DNA of 64,000 bases, taken from contig BEHD01000010.1 in the NCBI GenBank assembly GCA_002898355.1, positions 2,637-66,636 of the forward strand, in the 5' to 3' direction. Positions 26,358 to 36,588 of this stretch are shown here, piece after piece (the stretch's first letter is position 1; every line of letters begins with the position of its first letter). The position numbers and the translations under genes were made by a program. The DNA is from an archaeon HR01 (GTDB taxonomy: Archaea > Thermoproteota > Nitrososphaeria_A > Caldarchaeales > Caldarchaeaceae). A model generated the notes under the pieces. The model did no database searches. It worked only from the letters and a program-made list of their open reading frames with translations, and had not been told where the DNA came from.

Positions 26358-29084
26358 CTATATTCGCGGTATCCTTCTAGGAGTCTCCCTCGGACGTGGG
26401 GTTTCAGGCCTTCTCTGCCCGTAGCTCCTCTGCCGTGGCGTTCTAGCCCTCGGCCTTCCCCATCTCAGGAGGCTCACCACCGAAGAAGCTGAAACCGCCG
26501 CTGTGGCACCCAAGACGATTCCCTGATTCTGGAGATTGTCAATCACATGTACCAATGTGAGGGCTTTGTTCTGACGGAGTTTATATATGGATGAGTAGGT
26601 GTACTCTCCGATCTTGGTCACCCAGTCATAGTCTCCCTCCGCCGCATAGATGACGGATTCCCCTGTCTCATCGGTTTCTCCCCCTGTAATCTCCTTTCCA
26701 TCCCTTGAAAGCTTTATCTCGGCTCCTGATACAGGCTGTCCGTCAGGTGTAATGACGCGGACCTCGACCCTATAGACCTTAGCCTCTACAGTTACGACAC
26801 CAGACTGAGCCACCGAAACAACCTGGGAGGCGACATTGGTGTCTTGATAGAATACGTCAAGGGTGAAGTCTCCTTTGGGCAGTTTAATTTCGCTCCTCCC
26901 ACCTGCGTCTGTCACCGCCTGACCTACAAGCTTATTGGATGTGGACGCCTTCACCTGTGACCCTGCCAACGAGGTGCCGTCAGCCCGTTTCACCTCAACA
27001 GTGAGGTAGTAAACAGATACCTGCACCCTCACAGCATCCTCATCTAAACTGAAGGCTACAGGCCTGTCATAGACGGTGAACCCTAGATAGGTGACTGTTG
27101 TCCTGTAGGACCCTGCCGGTATGTTCTCAAACCTCACCTTACCATCTGAGACCTCACCTGAGAACCTTGCTCTGCCTAAGACTATCTCGGCCTCACCTGA
27201 CTCGAGAGGTGTAGACTCGCTATCCACCACCTCCAGGACGGCGTCCACGACAGACTTTGCGTTGATTTTGAATGTTTTGGATGCGTCAACATTTATCTCC
27301 TCACTGTGCACCGGTATGCCTAGATATTCTACGGATATGCTGTATCGTCCGACTGGCAGGTTTCTGAAGTTTGCTCCCTCCGTTGGGCCTGTCTCGTTTG
27401 ATTCCACTATGTTTCCAGCCTGCAAAACTATGGTTGCGCCTTCAAGATGTTTTTCCCCATCGGAGTCATAGACATCCAACACAATGTTATAGACCTTAGT
27501 TAGCAAGTTATCCTCTATGTTTTCCCTCAGCTCTATTTCCTGCGGGTCTAGGACTCGTATTCCCCTATACTCCACGTAGAACCTGTAGGATATTGGTATG
27601 AGTCCTGATACCTCAACAACACCGTCATCACCAGCTTCAACAACTCCCAAATCTACGCCGTCACTGGATGAGAGGAATAGCCTCCCGGATATTGGTTCAC
27701 CATCCGCATTCAATATATGTAAAATAAGAGTGTTGAGCTTGGGTGTGATAGTAATCCTCTTATTCTCGCTGTCCACGTCTACCTGTCCGGTCCCGATTAC
27801 GTATGGTCCCCTAGATATCTCGTAGCTATAGCGTCCTCCAGGCACGTTGTTGAAAGATATCCCATAATCCCTCGTGGTCCCGCTCACTGTGAAGACGCTA
27901 CCCAGCTGCAGGGTGATATCTACGCTTCCGATAAGCTTCTCGCTCGGTGTTTTAGGCGCCTCAACCCGTACTATGATGTCGTAAAACCGGGCTTGAACAC
28001 GAGTGTCTGCTGGAACACTTACCGGCCCCCTGAATACCTCATTGTCACCAATCTTTAGAACAAGTGTGTAGGTGCGGGGTTTAACGAAGCCAAACGACAG
28101 GATTCCTGATGTGGTTGATGCTTCGCTATAACGTGTGCTATCCCTCAAAAGTTCGGCTGAAAGCCTATACTGGGAGCCGGATATCACATCTGCTCCATCC
28201 ATATCATACACAGTTACACTGTAGCGGGTGAGGTCTGTTTTAGCGTTATAGGTTCGGCCGGCTCCGGAGATTTCGATTAGACTTGGTGAGGAAAAGACGT
28301 TTTCACCCTTGTATTCGACCTCCAGATAGTAGTTCCCGTCTGGGAGTAGATCAAGCCTAACAACCCCTCCACTGTCTGTCTCACCCGACGCAAAACCTGT
28401 TGTATTTCCCGATTGTTTGACGCCATACCATACCCTGACTATAGCGGATGGAACTCCAGCCCCAGGGTCTGAACTGTCCAAGACGTTGACTGTTAGGCGG
28501 TGGAGCCCAGCTGTTATCCTCAAAGTTCCTCCGGTGAAGGCTCTGGGAGATTCCCCTACAGCATGGCCTCTGTAAAACACTTTCACGTTGTAGGTTGTGT
28601 AGGGCATGAGTGGTAGGGAAGCCCTTCCACTGGTGTCTGTTGTGGTGTTGTTGGTTAGGGAGGCACCATATTCAAGGACGAGGCTGGCCCTCGGCACGGG
28701 AACACCGGTCTCCGATTCAACCTGTATAACCATAGTGGAGACGTTTACATTAAGCGGCACCACATACGGTGAACTCGGGTCTACCTCGGAAGCGTTGACT
28801 ATCCTATTATAAACCGTTATCCCCCTAAACTCCACCGTAACTGTGTTGCTGGCTTTTGGGTTAGCGTTTATTACCGCCTGCCCAGATTCATCAGTTGTGG
28901 TTGAACCTGTTCCATTAAGTTTTACTATTGCCCCTTTTATCGGTGTTGAGCCGTCGGCGGTCCGGACGACATATCTGATATTCTCCGTCGCCGCCAAGAC
29001 TGGCTGTGAGCCCGTGATTAGGAGAATTAGTGATAAGAGCAGTGTGACCGCTAATAATATCGCCGGTGTCCTCGACAGGGCCAT
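26358..29084 (-). CDS. Large cell-surface protein with tandem carboxypeptidase-regulatory-like repeats
   Basis: Signal peptide; about 10 repeats of V-x-x-x-D-G-x-P...T-D-x-x-G...P-x-G-x-Y; weak C-terminal TM and Arg/Pro-rich tail ending IPRI. Confidence 0.85.
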   Translation of the reverse strand: MALSRTPAILLAVTLLLSLILLITGSQPVLAATENIRYVVRTADGSTPIKGAIVKLNGTGSTTTDESGQAVINANPKASNTVTVEFRGITVYNRIVNASEVDPSSPYVVPLNVNVSTMVIQVESETGVPVPRASLVLEYGASLTNNTTTDTSGRASLPLMPYTTYNVKVFYRGHAVGESPRAFTGGTLRITAGLHRLTVNVLDSSDPGAGVPSAIVRVWYGVKQSGNTTGFASGETDSGGVVRLDLLPDGNYYLEVEYKGENVFSSPSLIEISGAGRTYNAKTDLTRYSVTVYDMDGADVISGSQYRLSAELLRDSTRYSEASTTSGILSFGFVKPRTYTLVLKIGDNEVFRGPVSVPADTRVQARFYDIIVRVEAPKTPSEKLIGSVDITLQLGSVFTVSGTTRDYGISFNNVPGGRYSYEISRGPYVIGTGQVDVDSENKRITITPKLNTLILHILNADGEPISGRLFLSSSDGVDLGVVEAGDDGVVEVSGLIPISYRFYVEYRGIRVLDPQEIELRENIEDNLLTKVYNIVLDVYDSDGEKHLEGATIVLQAGNIVESNETGPTEGANFRNLPVGRYSISVEYLGIPVHSEEINVDASKTFKINAKSVVDAVLEVVDSESTPLESGEAEIVLGRARFSGEVSDGKVRFENIPAGSYRTTVTYLGFTVYDRPVAFSLDEDAVRVQVSVYYLTVEVKRADGTSLAGSQVKASTSNKLVGQAVTDAGGRSEIKLPKGDFTLDVFYQDTNVASQVVSVAQSGVVTVEAKVYRVEVRVITPDGQPVSGAEIKLSRDGKEITGGETDETGESVIYAAEGDYDWVTKIGEYTYSSIYKLRQNKALTLVHVIDNLQNQGIVLGATAAVSASSVVSLLRWGRPRARTPRQRSYGQRRPETPRPRETPRRIPRI

Positions 29085-29140
29085 GCCACTACATCTTCCT
29101 GCCCGTAATTTAACATATCATCCTTCGATATTTCTATAGT

Positions 29141-29165
29141 GTTACAGATATATTTTATCTGTAAC
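29141..29165. promoter_or_regulatory. Perfect 10-bp inverted repeat (operator or terminator hairpin)
   Basis: GTTACAGATA-TATTT-TATCTGTAAC between the stop of 29173-29688 and the start of the 908-aa surface protein. Confidence 0.55.
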
Positions 29166-29172
29166 TCCTGCA

Positions 29173-29688
29173 TTATCTTGACTCCGCTGCAATAGTGTCG
29201 AGGGTCCATTTAACCGAGTTAACTATCTCCCTCAACCGGTTATCGTCCCTGTAATTCTTCACTATCACCTCCCTAGCTGTCTCGCCATCGTAGATTACCT
29301 CATAGTCAAGCCCTGACCCCGGCTCCATCTTCCCCTCCTCAATCTTTTGACGGTCAGATTCCTTCATCGAGTCAAGAACCTTCCGGAGTAGAAATGAGCT
29401 GAAGGGCCTCATATCCTGGGTTACTCTTATCTCGGGGTTAAAGACTATACGGGCCTGATGCGGCTCAACGGTCATAGTGGCTAGGAGTGTTCCCGTCCTC
29501 CCACGTATCCGTCTCATCGGCTGCTCCGGGAGCTGTGGTTTTCTGAAGCTTTTATCCGTAAGCGCTTTATCAACCAGTTCCAGCATCCCTTTCACATGCT
29601 CTGCCTCCCTATCTAGCTCTGCCAGCCGTCTCTCGAGATACGTCTTCAGCTCGGCCAGCCGTTTGACCTCGGGGTCATCTTCTCCCAT
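29173..29688 (-). CDS. Hypothetical protein with N-terminal coiled coil
   Basis: Heptad-like LAELKTYLERRLAELDREAEHVKGMLELVD; genome-typical codon style; downstream of lig. Confidence 0.75.
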   Translation of the reverse strand: MGEDDPEVKRLAELKTYLERRLAELDREAEHVKGMLELVDKALTDKSFRKPQLPEQPMRRIRGRTGTLLATMTVEPHQARIVFNPEIRVTQDMRPFSSFLLRKVLDSMKESDRQKIEEGKMEPGSGLDYEVIYDGETAREVIVKNYRDDNRLREIVNSVKWTLDTIAAESR

Positions 29689-29730
29689 GCCATTTAAAGA
29701 TGATATGTCGCCGTCCTTAAACTTTGCTCT

Positions 29731-31500
29731 CTACCTTTCCTCAGACACCTTCGCCTCAATCCTCTTCAGCTGCCTTCTATACATCTCAAGGATCTCCTTA
29801 GAGGTGGTGGCATCTTCAGCCTTCCTATCATCCCTGTACCTGCCAGTATAGCGGGGGAACCGGATGGCCAGTCCGTGGCCCGCCTTGATGCTGTCCTTAG
29901 CGCATGTATGGGTAGGGCTGAGGGTAATCTCGGCGCCGATTATCTCAAGGACTATCCTGGGGTCCACCCAGACATCGGCCTCCAAAACCGTCTCAAGCCT
30001 CGGACTAGGATGTCCAAGCCTGTTGCTGTTGACGAGGTTCGTGAAGTATTCCAGGTCCTCATCCTTGAATCCAGAACCTACTTTACAGACCGTCTGGAAG
30101 ACGTCTCTCTCATCATCATATGACGCCATCAGCAATGCACCGTATCTTCCGGTTCTACGACCCCGACCATGGAATGCTCCGACAACCACAAGGTCCACAG
30201 TATCTATCATCTCGCTTCGGTAATCCCGTTTATATTTGATCCACTGCCAACCGCGGGCTCCGGCCCTATAGACCGAGTCCTCACCAACCGACTTGGCTAT
30301 CACACCTTCGCATCCCAGCTCAACAGCTTCATTGAAGAGTTTATCAAGATCCTCAGGTGTTGTGACAAGCTTTCCATAGCTTAGTTTTACAGTTTCTGAG
30401 GGTTTAACTATCTTTTCTAGGGCTGTTCTCCTTTCCAGAAATGTTGAGTTCGTCAAGTCCCTGCCGTCGAGATATAGTAGATCGAAGAAGTATAGGGTTA
30501 TGGGGTATTCCTCCACTGCTTTCTCGATCTCTTTTTTCCTCCTCCTATGCATCAGCTCTTGGAAGGGTAGCATCTCCCCGGTGTCTAGGGAGACGGGGAC
30601 AGCCTCACACTCCATTATGGCCTCATCGGCTTCTATGTTGGATAGGACGGCGGATACGACATCTGGATACTGGGAGGTGATATTTTCCTGCCGTCTAGAA
30701 AATATGAGGACCGTTTCACGGGACTTGTGGATCTGCATCCTCTCACCATCATATTTGTGCTCGACAAACGCCCTACCATCCGTCTTCAACAGAATCTCTT
30801 CAGCTGTGGAGAGTCGCTCAGCTAGCATGCACCGTACAGGGACACCCACGCGTATCCTGAAATCACGTATCCCATTCAAACCTTCCAAGGCAGCTGTCTT
30901 GGCTACGAGTCCGATGTCGGAGCTTAGGTTGTAGGCCCTCTCGAATTCCTCCTTGGAGCCTCCGAATACTTTGGCGAGAGCCTCGAGGATGGTCATATCA
31001 GCAACACCTAGCCTCATGTTCCCGGTAACAATCCTTAGAATATGCTTGGCCTCCACAGGAGACGTTTGAGAGAGAATTCTAGAGAGTATGGCCAGTTTAG
31101 TCTCCTGGGCCCCGGGGCCAGAAGCCTTCGCAATCTGCTCAAGACTACTATATACATACTCTACCGTCAGTTCTTGGAAGGATAGGGTGGTCTGCGCCTT
31201 CTGGCCGAGAAGTATCAAGGCTACAGAGCCTACATCTCCGTGCTGAGCATAAAGTTGGGAGATTGTCGTCTCTCTAGCTCCTGAGACTCTCTGCACCGCC
31301 TTCAAAGCCAGCTTCTCAGCCACCCCAAGCTCGAGACCCCTATATGCGGGATAGACCTCCCCCAAAGTCATATAAGCGACTTTGTCCATTAGCTCCGGCG
31401 GTGTCTTGGAAAAGAGTTCTGAGAGAATATCGATCATCTCCAGCCTTTTAGTGGTGGCTTCAAGCTTTTCATAATATGAGGCCAGAACAGCGAATAACAT
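29731..31500 (-). CDS. lig: ATP-dependent DNA ligase
   Basis: EHKYDGER (motif I), FFDLLY, EGVIAK, WIKYK, DLVVVG, IRFPR. Confidence 0.97.
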   Translation of the reverse strand: MLFAVLASYYEKLEATTKRLEMIDILSELFSKTPPELMDKVAYMTLGEVYPAYRGLELGVAEKLALKAVQRVSGARETTISQLYAQHGDVGSVALILLGQKAQTTLSFQELTVEYVYSSLEQIAKASGPGAQETKLAILSRILSQTSPVEAKHILRIVTGNMRLGVADMTILEALAKVFGGSKEEFERAYNLSSDIGLVAKTAALEGLNGIRDFRIRVGVPVRCMLAERLSTAEEILLKTDGRAFVEHKYDGERMQIHKSRETVLIFSRRQENITSQYPDVVSAVLSNIEADEAIMECEAVPVSLDTGEMLPFQELMHRRRKKEIEKAVEEYPITLYFFDLLYLDGRDLTNSTFLERRTALEKIVKPSETVKLSYGKLVTTPEDLDKLFNEAVELGCEGVIAKSVGEDSVYRAGARGWQWIKYKRDYRSEMIDTVDLVVVGAFHGRGRRTGRYGALLMASYDDERDVFQTVCKVGSGFKDEDLEYFTNLVNSNRLGHPSPRLETVLEADVWVDPRIVLEIIGAEITLSPTHTCAKDSIKAGHGLAIRFPRYTGRYRDDRKAEDATTSKEILEMYRRQLKRIEAKVSEER

Positions 31501-31639
31501 CCCCCAATAACCTTCGACATCCTAGATAAAAATATGGTATGGGGGACATCTCAAATAATATATCTTTTCCATAAATGCTGAGGGTTAAAAATAAAGAATA
31601 TTTAATAGGTAAGGCGAGGACGCATAGCATCGAGAACTA

Positions 31640-32530
31640 TTGGACTTGAGTCATGTAGATGTTCAGTCTGAGAGGCCACGCCACCCCATCCCAGTCGACT
31701 GGGTCAGCGTCTCCAATCTAAGGATTCCATTTCATAAACTAGAAGATGACGGGGTCAGACTCGCCTCGGCACCAGTAATAAGCGCTGGGATAGGTCTCCC
31801 AAAGCATCAGAGGGGAATCCACGCATCTAGAACCTATGAGGCGATCACATCTGTTTTGTCTGATCTAGACCTTCATGGCATACGGCTCGGCGGGGATGTG
31901 GTGGGTGAGATAGCCCGTAAGATGTTAAGTCTCCACTCCTATGGCTCTGTATCGAGGGTCGTCGTCAAGGCAGAAGCCTTCTACTGGGATAAGACGCCTG
32001 TCTCCAACCTAAGCTCTCTTCAAAGCTTTCATCTAATCTATAGGGCTGACGGACAAAGGCTTGGAGACTCGATACATGTCAAGGATTTTATCGGTGTAAA
32101 AGTTGCAGGGATGACGGCGTGTCCATGCGCAAAGGAGGTTATCAAAAAAATATACAACATAGACGACACACCTCTTCCTATCGGAACACATATGCAGCGT
32201 AGTTTCGCCAAAGTCATAGTTCAGAATGGGTACGGCATCAAACTAAGCGACTTGCTGGGCCTAGTTAGGAGCTGTTTCAGCAACAGAACAGTAGAGTATT
32301 TGAAGAGAATCGATGAGGCAAAGCTTGTGGCAGATGCTTTGGAGAGGCCCAGATTTGTGGAGGACGTAGCAAGAGATATCGTCCACAACATCGTCACCGT
32401 ATATAGTCACATACCCGACGATAACAAGATATTCGTATGGGTGAAATCACTCGAAAGCATACATGAACATAATTTGGAGGCTCGAATCTGTATTAGTTTC
32501 GGAGAAGCTAGACGTCATATAGGATTCTGA
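31640..32530 (+). CDS. mptA: GTP cyclohydrolase IV / FolE2 family (MptA)
   Basis: RGIHASR, GMTACPCA, THMQRS, LKRIDE, FVEDVAR, ESIHEH. Confidence 0.85.
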   Translation: MDLSHVDVQSERPRHPIPVDWVSVSNLRIPFHKLEDDGVRLASAPVISAGIGLPKHQRGIHASRTYEAITSVLSDLDLHGIRLGGDVVGEIARKMLSLHSYGSVSRVVVKAEAFYWDKTPVSNLSSLQSFHLIYRADGQRLGDSIHVKDFIGVKVAGMTACPCAKEVIKKIYNIDDTPLPIGTHMQRSFAKVIVQNGYGIKLSDLLGLVRSCFSNRTVEYLKRIDEAKLVADALERPRFVEDVARDIVHNIVTVYSHIPDDNKIFVWVKSLESIHEHNLEARICISFGEARRHIGF

Positions 32531-32531
32531 G

Positions 32532-33323
32532 TTGGACCTGGGCCGCTGGCTAGAAATATACCGGGAAATATGTGATATACTCAGGATAGACCCCCGTAAG
32601 GATATAGAGGCTGCAACAATTTTGGCAGATATAATCCATGATAGATGTCTAAGCAGACGTGAGATAGTGGAGCTCCTAGGTGTTCGGAGGGCTGTGGCCA
32701 TATTTGGTGCCGGTCCTTCACTGGTTAAGGACCTTTCAAAAGCGCTCCCGGTTATAGAGAAGGAGGAGGTTTTGAAAATTGCCGTTGACGGCGCATGCCG
32801 TGCTTTCCTCGAGAAAGGCATAGTCCCAGACGTGGTTGTAACAGACCTAGATGGAGGTGATGAATATCTCGAGAGGTGCTCGATGTTGGGATCACTTATG
32901 GTGGTACACGCCCACGGAGACAACATATCCAGCCTGCTGAGAGTGGTGCCTAATCTCAGGGGTCCGATACTTGGAACGACGCAGACTAAGGTGGTCCCGC
33001 CGTTAGAAAACTTCGGCGGCTTCACAGACGGCGATAGGGCGGTCTGCATGTTTGAAGAGCTGGGATATGACACTATTATTATAGCTGGTATGGACTTCGG
33101 TACGGAGATAGGGCAATTTTCCAAGCCCTTACCCCCCACAGCTGAATTTCTCAACAGAAAGATAGTGAAGCTGAAGATAGGCCGTAAAATTCTAGAAAAT
33201 CTGGCCTGTATTTCGAGGGCCAGCTTCTACGATTTAACGGCCAATTCTTCGGATATACCGGGGTTCAGGAAGCTAGGATGGGAGGATATCTATGAAATGC
33301 TTATGAGCGGCCGTATGAGGTAG
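32532..33323 (+). CDS. mptE: 6-hydroxymethyl-7,8-dihydropterin pyrophosphokinase
   Basis: GAGPSL, VVTDLDG, VHAHGDN, GTTQ, NFGGFTDGDRA, GMDFG. Confidence 0.9.
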   Translation: MDLGRWLEIYREICDILRIDPRKDIEAATILADIIHDRCLSRREIVELLGVRRAVAIFGAGPSLVKDLSKALPVIEKEEVLKIAVDGACRAFLEKGIVPDVVVTDLDGGDEYLERCSMLGSLMVVHAHGDNISSLLRVVPNLRGPILGTTQTKVVPPLENFGGFTDGDRAVCMFEELGYDTIIIAGMDFGTEIGQFSKPLPPTAEFLNRKIVKLKIGRKILENLACISRASFYDLTANSSDIPGFRKLGWEDIYEMLMSGRMR

Positions 33324-33371
33324 CTGGGCCGGCAAAAGACAAATTATCCTAGAAAACATGATGGGGCGGAT

Positions 33372-36300
33372 ATGTTGGAGGACCTGAGACGATACGAGCC
33401 GGTGGAGCTGGAGAAGAGGATATCTGACTTGTGGAGGGAGAGGGATATCCCTGTTAAGGTTCTGTCCTACAGGTCTGGCGCCCCCCTATACGCCTTTCTC
33501 GAAGGGCCACCAACCGTAAACGGCTTCATGCATGTGGGCCATGCCCGTGGAAGGGTCTACAAAGACATCGTGCTGCGCTACAAGTCTATGAGAGGGTTTG
33601 ACGTATGGCGTAGAGCTGGGTGGGACTGCCAAGGTCTTCCCACGGAACTGGAGGTAGAGAAAAGACTTCAGATATCAAGTAAGAAGGACCTTGAGAGGAT
33701 TGGGCTGGAGAAGTTCGTTGAGGAAGCCAATAGAGTGATAGACTACTATATTAGCCATTGGAGGGCTGCCAGCGAGAAGCTAGGCCTGTGGCTGGACTAT
33801 GATAATGCCTACGAGACTAGGAGGAACGAGTATATGGAGCATGTCTGGGCTCTTCTCAAGCATGCCCATAGCATGGGCGACTTGGTGGAGAGCCTGCGGG
33901 TTGTCCCTACATGTCCTCACTGTGAGACGCCTTTGTCACAGCATGAGTTGGCCCAAGGATATGAGGATATTGTCGACCCCTCTGTATACGTCAAATTCCC
34001 GACATCTGAGGCTAACACCTACATAGTGATTTGGACAACTACTCCGTGGACGCTTCCAGGTAACGAGTCTGTGGCTGTAAACCCCGAAAGCAGGTATGTC
34101 GTCCTAGAGACGGGTGGTGAGAGGTGGATAGTGGCTGAGCCCGCTCTACAGAGATTCGCCTCCGAAACAGGGTTGTCCAGCTGCCGTGTCGTTGAGGTTA
34201 GAGATGGGGCCCAGCTTGTAGGCCTCACCTATAGACATCCTCTAGAGGATGAGGTCCCATACCATAAGGGTCACACGCATCAAGTGATAGCGGGGCATCA
34301 TGTCTCAATGGAGGAGGGGACGGGGTGTGTCCACATTGCACCTGCCCACGGCCCCGATGATTTCGAGCTGGCACAAGAAAACGGCCTACCAGTTTTCTGT
34401 CCTGTATCCGCCTCGGGAATCTTCACATCTGAGGGTGGAAGATATGAAGGGCTCTCTGTCGATGAGGCATCCAAGATGATCCTAGAAGATCTCAAGGTGA
34501 AGGGGTTGCTGGTGAAGAGTGGGGAGATACTGCATAGCTACCCACTATGCTGGAGATGCGGCACCAAGCTCATATATCTAGCTAGTGTCCAGTGGTTTTT
34601 AAAAGTTGATAGGATAAAAAATGCTATGGTCGAGGGTAACAAGAGCGTGAAATGGTGGCCAGAATGGGCTGGTAGAAACAGGTTTGGTGAATGGCTTGCC
34701 AACGCAGATGATTGGTGTATCAGCAGGACGAAGGTCTGGGGCACACCTCTTCCTGTATGGCGTTGTGAATCATGCGGTAACAAGAGGGTGGTAGGTTCTA
34801 GGAACGAGCTTGAAGAAGCGGTGGAAAAGCCGAGCAATCCAGACCTCCACAGGCCATGGATAGACCAATACATCTTCAAATGCAGTTCCTGTGGAGGGCC
34901 TATGCGGCGTCTCCCCTTTGTCTTAGATACATGGCTTGACTCGGGTGTTGCCCATCTCGCCAGTGTTAACGGCCTCCACGACCCTCAGCTATTCCAGAGA
35001 CTCTTCCCCTACGACTTTGTCACGGAGGCTATAGACCAGACACGGGGGTGGTTTTATACTCTCCTCTTCACATCCACACTACTTTATGGAAGACCGCCCT
35101 ACAAGTCTGTTCTCAACCAAGGCCATGTCCTGGACGAATACGGGAAGAAAATGTCAAAATCGAGGGGTAACGTCATATGGGCTGTGGATGCCTTTGAGAA
35201 GTATGGTGTGGACCCTCTACGAATCTATCTGGTCTATAAGGCTGAGCCATGGAGCACGATAAATTTTGTACCTTCAGAGATAGCCTTGGTGAGGGAGCAG
35301 CTGAACATTCTCTGGAACATATTCAGTTTTGCATCCACATACTTTAGCCTAGACAATTACAAGCCGTGGGAGCACAGCCCTAGAGACTATCTCGACAGCC
35401 TTCTCCCGGAGGATAGGTGGATTCTAACAAGGGTTAACACGGTTGTGGGGCAGGTCACCCGATTTTTGGAGGATATGGAGATTAACAAGGCGGCCAAAAC
35501 CCTCCTGGACTTTATAGTGGAGGACATCAGCAGGACCTATATCAGGGCGATAAGAAGGCGTGCATGGAGTGAGAAGGCATCCAGGGAGAAGCTGGCAGCC
35601 TATACATGTCTCAGCTATGCTCTGAGGAAGACCGTTCAGATGTTAGCACCCTTCGCCCCCTACCTGGCTGAGGCCCTATACATCCGAGTCCGAGGCCCTC
35701 AAGAACCGGAGAGCATCCATCTTTCGGACTGGCCCTCTGTGGACAGTGATCTCACCTGGCCCGATGTGGAGGAGAATATGGAGGTGATGAGGGAGGCCCT
35801 GACAGCAATATTGGCCGCCAGACAGAGAGCTGGAAGGAAGCTAAGAACCCCCGTCCAAAGGATAATCATATCCCCTAAAACACCTGAAGCTCTAAAAGCT
35901 CTCAAATATTTCGAAGACTACCTCATGGCCTCCTCCAACTGCAGAAGGCTGCAGATACTGGATATTGGCGGTGTTCCTGATGAGGTAGGGTGGGAGCTCC
36001 AGCCCAACCTCAAGGTTTTAGGGCCTAAACTGGGTAGGAGGCTTCCGCTCCTACAGGAGAAGCTGAAAATGCTGGAGGCGAGAGAGGTGTTGGACCAGCT
36101 CCGAGCCGGCAGTATCTATATAGGACTGGATGATGCCAGCGGGGTTAACCTACAGCCTGGCGACTTGGTCGTCAAAGAACTGATACCCCCCAACTTCTCC
36201 ACCGGCGAATGCAGTAGCTGCAAGGTATATGTTGATACGGAGCTCCCCACCGAGCTCGGAGCTGTTGCCGCGGCCAACGAGGTTATCCGCAGGATACAGT

Positions 36301-36530
36301 TGATGAGGAAGGAGGCCGACCTCAACGTCTTGGACAGGATTGAATGTATAGTCAAGGTGGGAGACAGGGATTTCGCCCGCAGCCTCATAGCACAGACGGA
36401 ATACATCGAGGAGGAAACCAGGTCTAGACTTGAGGTGGTTATAGAAGATTTGGATAGGGTCGAGGGGTTCCACTGGAGGAGTTGGAAGATTGACGGCGTT
36501 GATACCTTGATAGGGATCAGGAAAGTTTAG
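33372..36530 (+). CDS. ileS: Isoleucine--tRNA ligase
   Basis: EGPPTVNGFMHVGH, GWDCQGLP, IWTTTPWTLP, DWCISR, DQTRGWF, KMSKS. Confidence 0.97.
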   Translation: MLEDLRRYEPVELEKRISDLWRERDIPVKVLSYRSGAPLYAFLEGPPTVNGFMHVGHARGRVYKDIVLRYKSMRGFDVWRRAGWDCQGLPTELEVEKRLQISSKKDLERIGLEKFVEEANRVIDYYISHWRAASEKLGLWLDYDNAYETRRNEYMEHVWALLKHAHSMGDLVESLRVVPTCPHCETPLSQHELAQGYEDIVDPSVYVKFPTSEANTYIVIWTTTPWTLPGNESVAVNPESRYVVLETGGERWIVAEPALQRFASETGLSSCRVVEVRDGAQLVGLTYRHPLEDEVPYHKGHTHQVIAGHHVSMEEGTGCVHIAPAHGPDDFELAQENGLPVFCPVSASGIFTSEGGRYEGLSVDEASKMILEDLKVKGLLVKSGEILHSYPLCWRCGTKLIYLASVQWFLKVDRIKNAMVEGNKSVKWWPEWAGRNRFGEWLANADDWCISRTKVWGTPLPVWRCESCGNKRVVGSRNELEEAVEKPSNPDLHRPWIDQYIFKCSSCGGPMRRLPFVLDTWLDSGVAHLASVNGLHDPQLFQRLFPYDFVTEAIDQTRGWFYTLLFTSTLLYGRPPYKSVLNQGHVLDEYGKKMSKSRGNVIWAVDAFEKYGVDPLRIYLVYKAEPWSTINFVPSEIALVREQLNILWNIFSFASTYFSLDNYKPWEHSPRDYLDSLLPEDRWILTRVNTVVGQVTRFLEDMEINKAAKTLLDFIVEDISRTYIRAIRRRAWSEKASREKLAAYTCLSYALRKTVQMLAPFAPYLAEALYIRVRGPQEPESIHLSDWPSVDSDLTWPDVEENMEVMREALTAILAARQRAGRKLRTPVQRIIISPKTPEALKALKYFEDYLMASSNCRRLQILDIGGVPDEVGWELQPNLKVLGPKLGRRLPLLQEKLKMLEAREVLDQLRAGSIYIGLDDASGVNLQPGDLVVKELIPPNFSTGECSSCKVYVDTELPTELGAVAAANEVIRRIQLMRKEADLNVLDRIECIVKVGDRDFARSLIAQTEYIEEETRSRLEVVIEDLDRVEGFHWRSWKIDGVDTLIGIRKV

Positions 36531-36588
36531 ACCGCAACACTTATAACTATCTTATCGGAATTGGCTAGAAGCGGAGCGGCGTAGCAGA

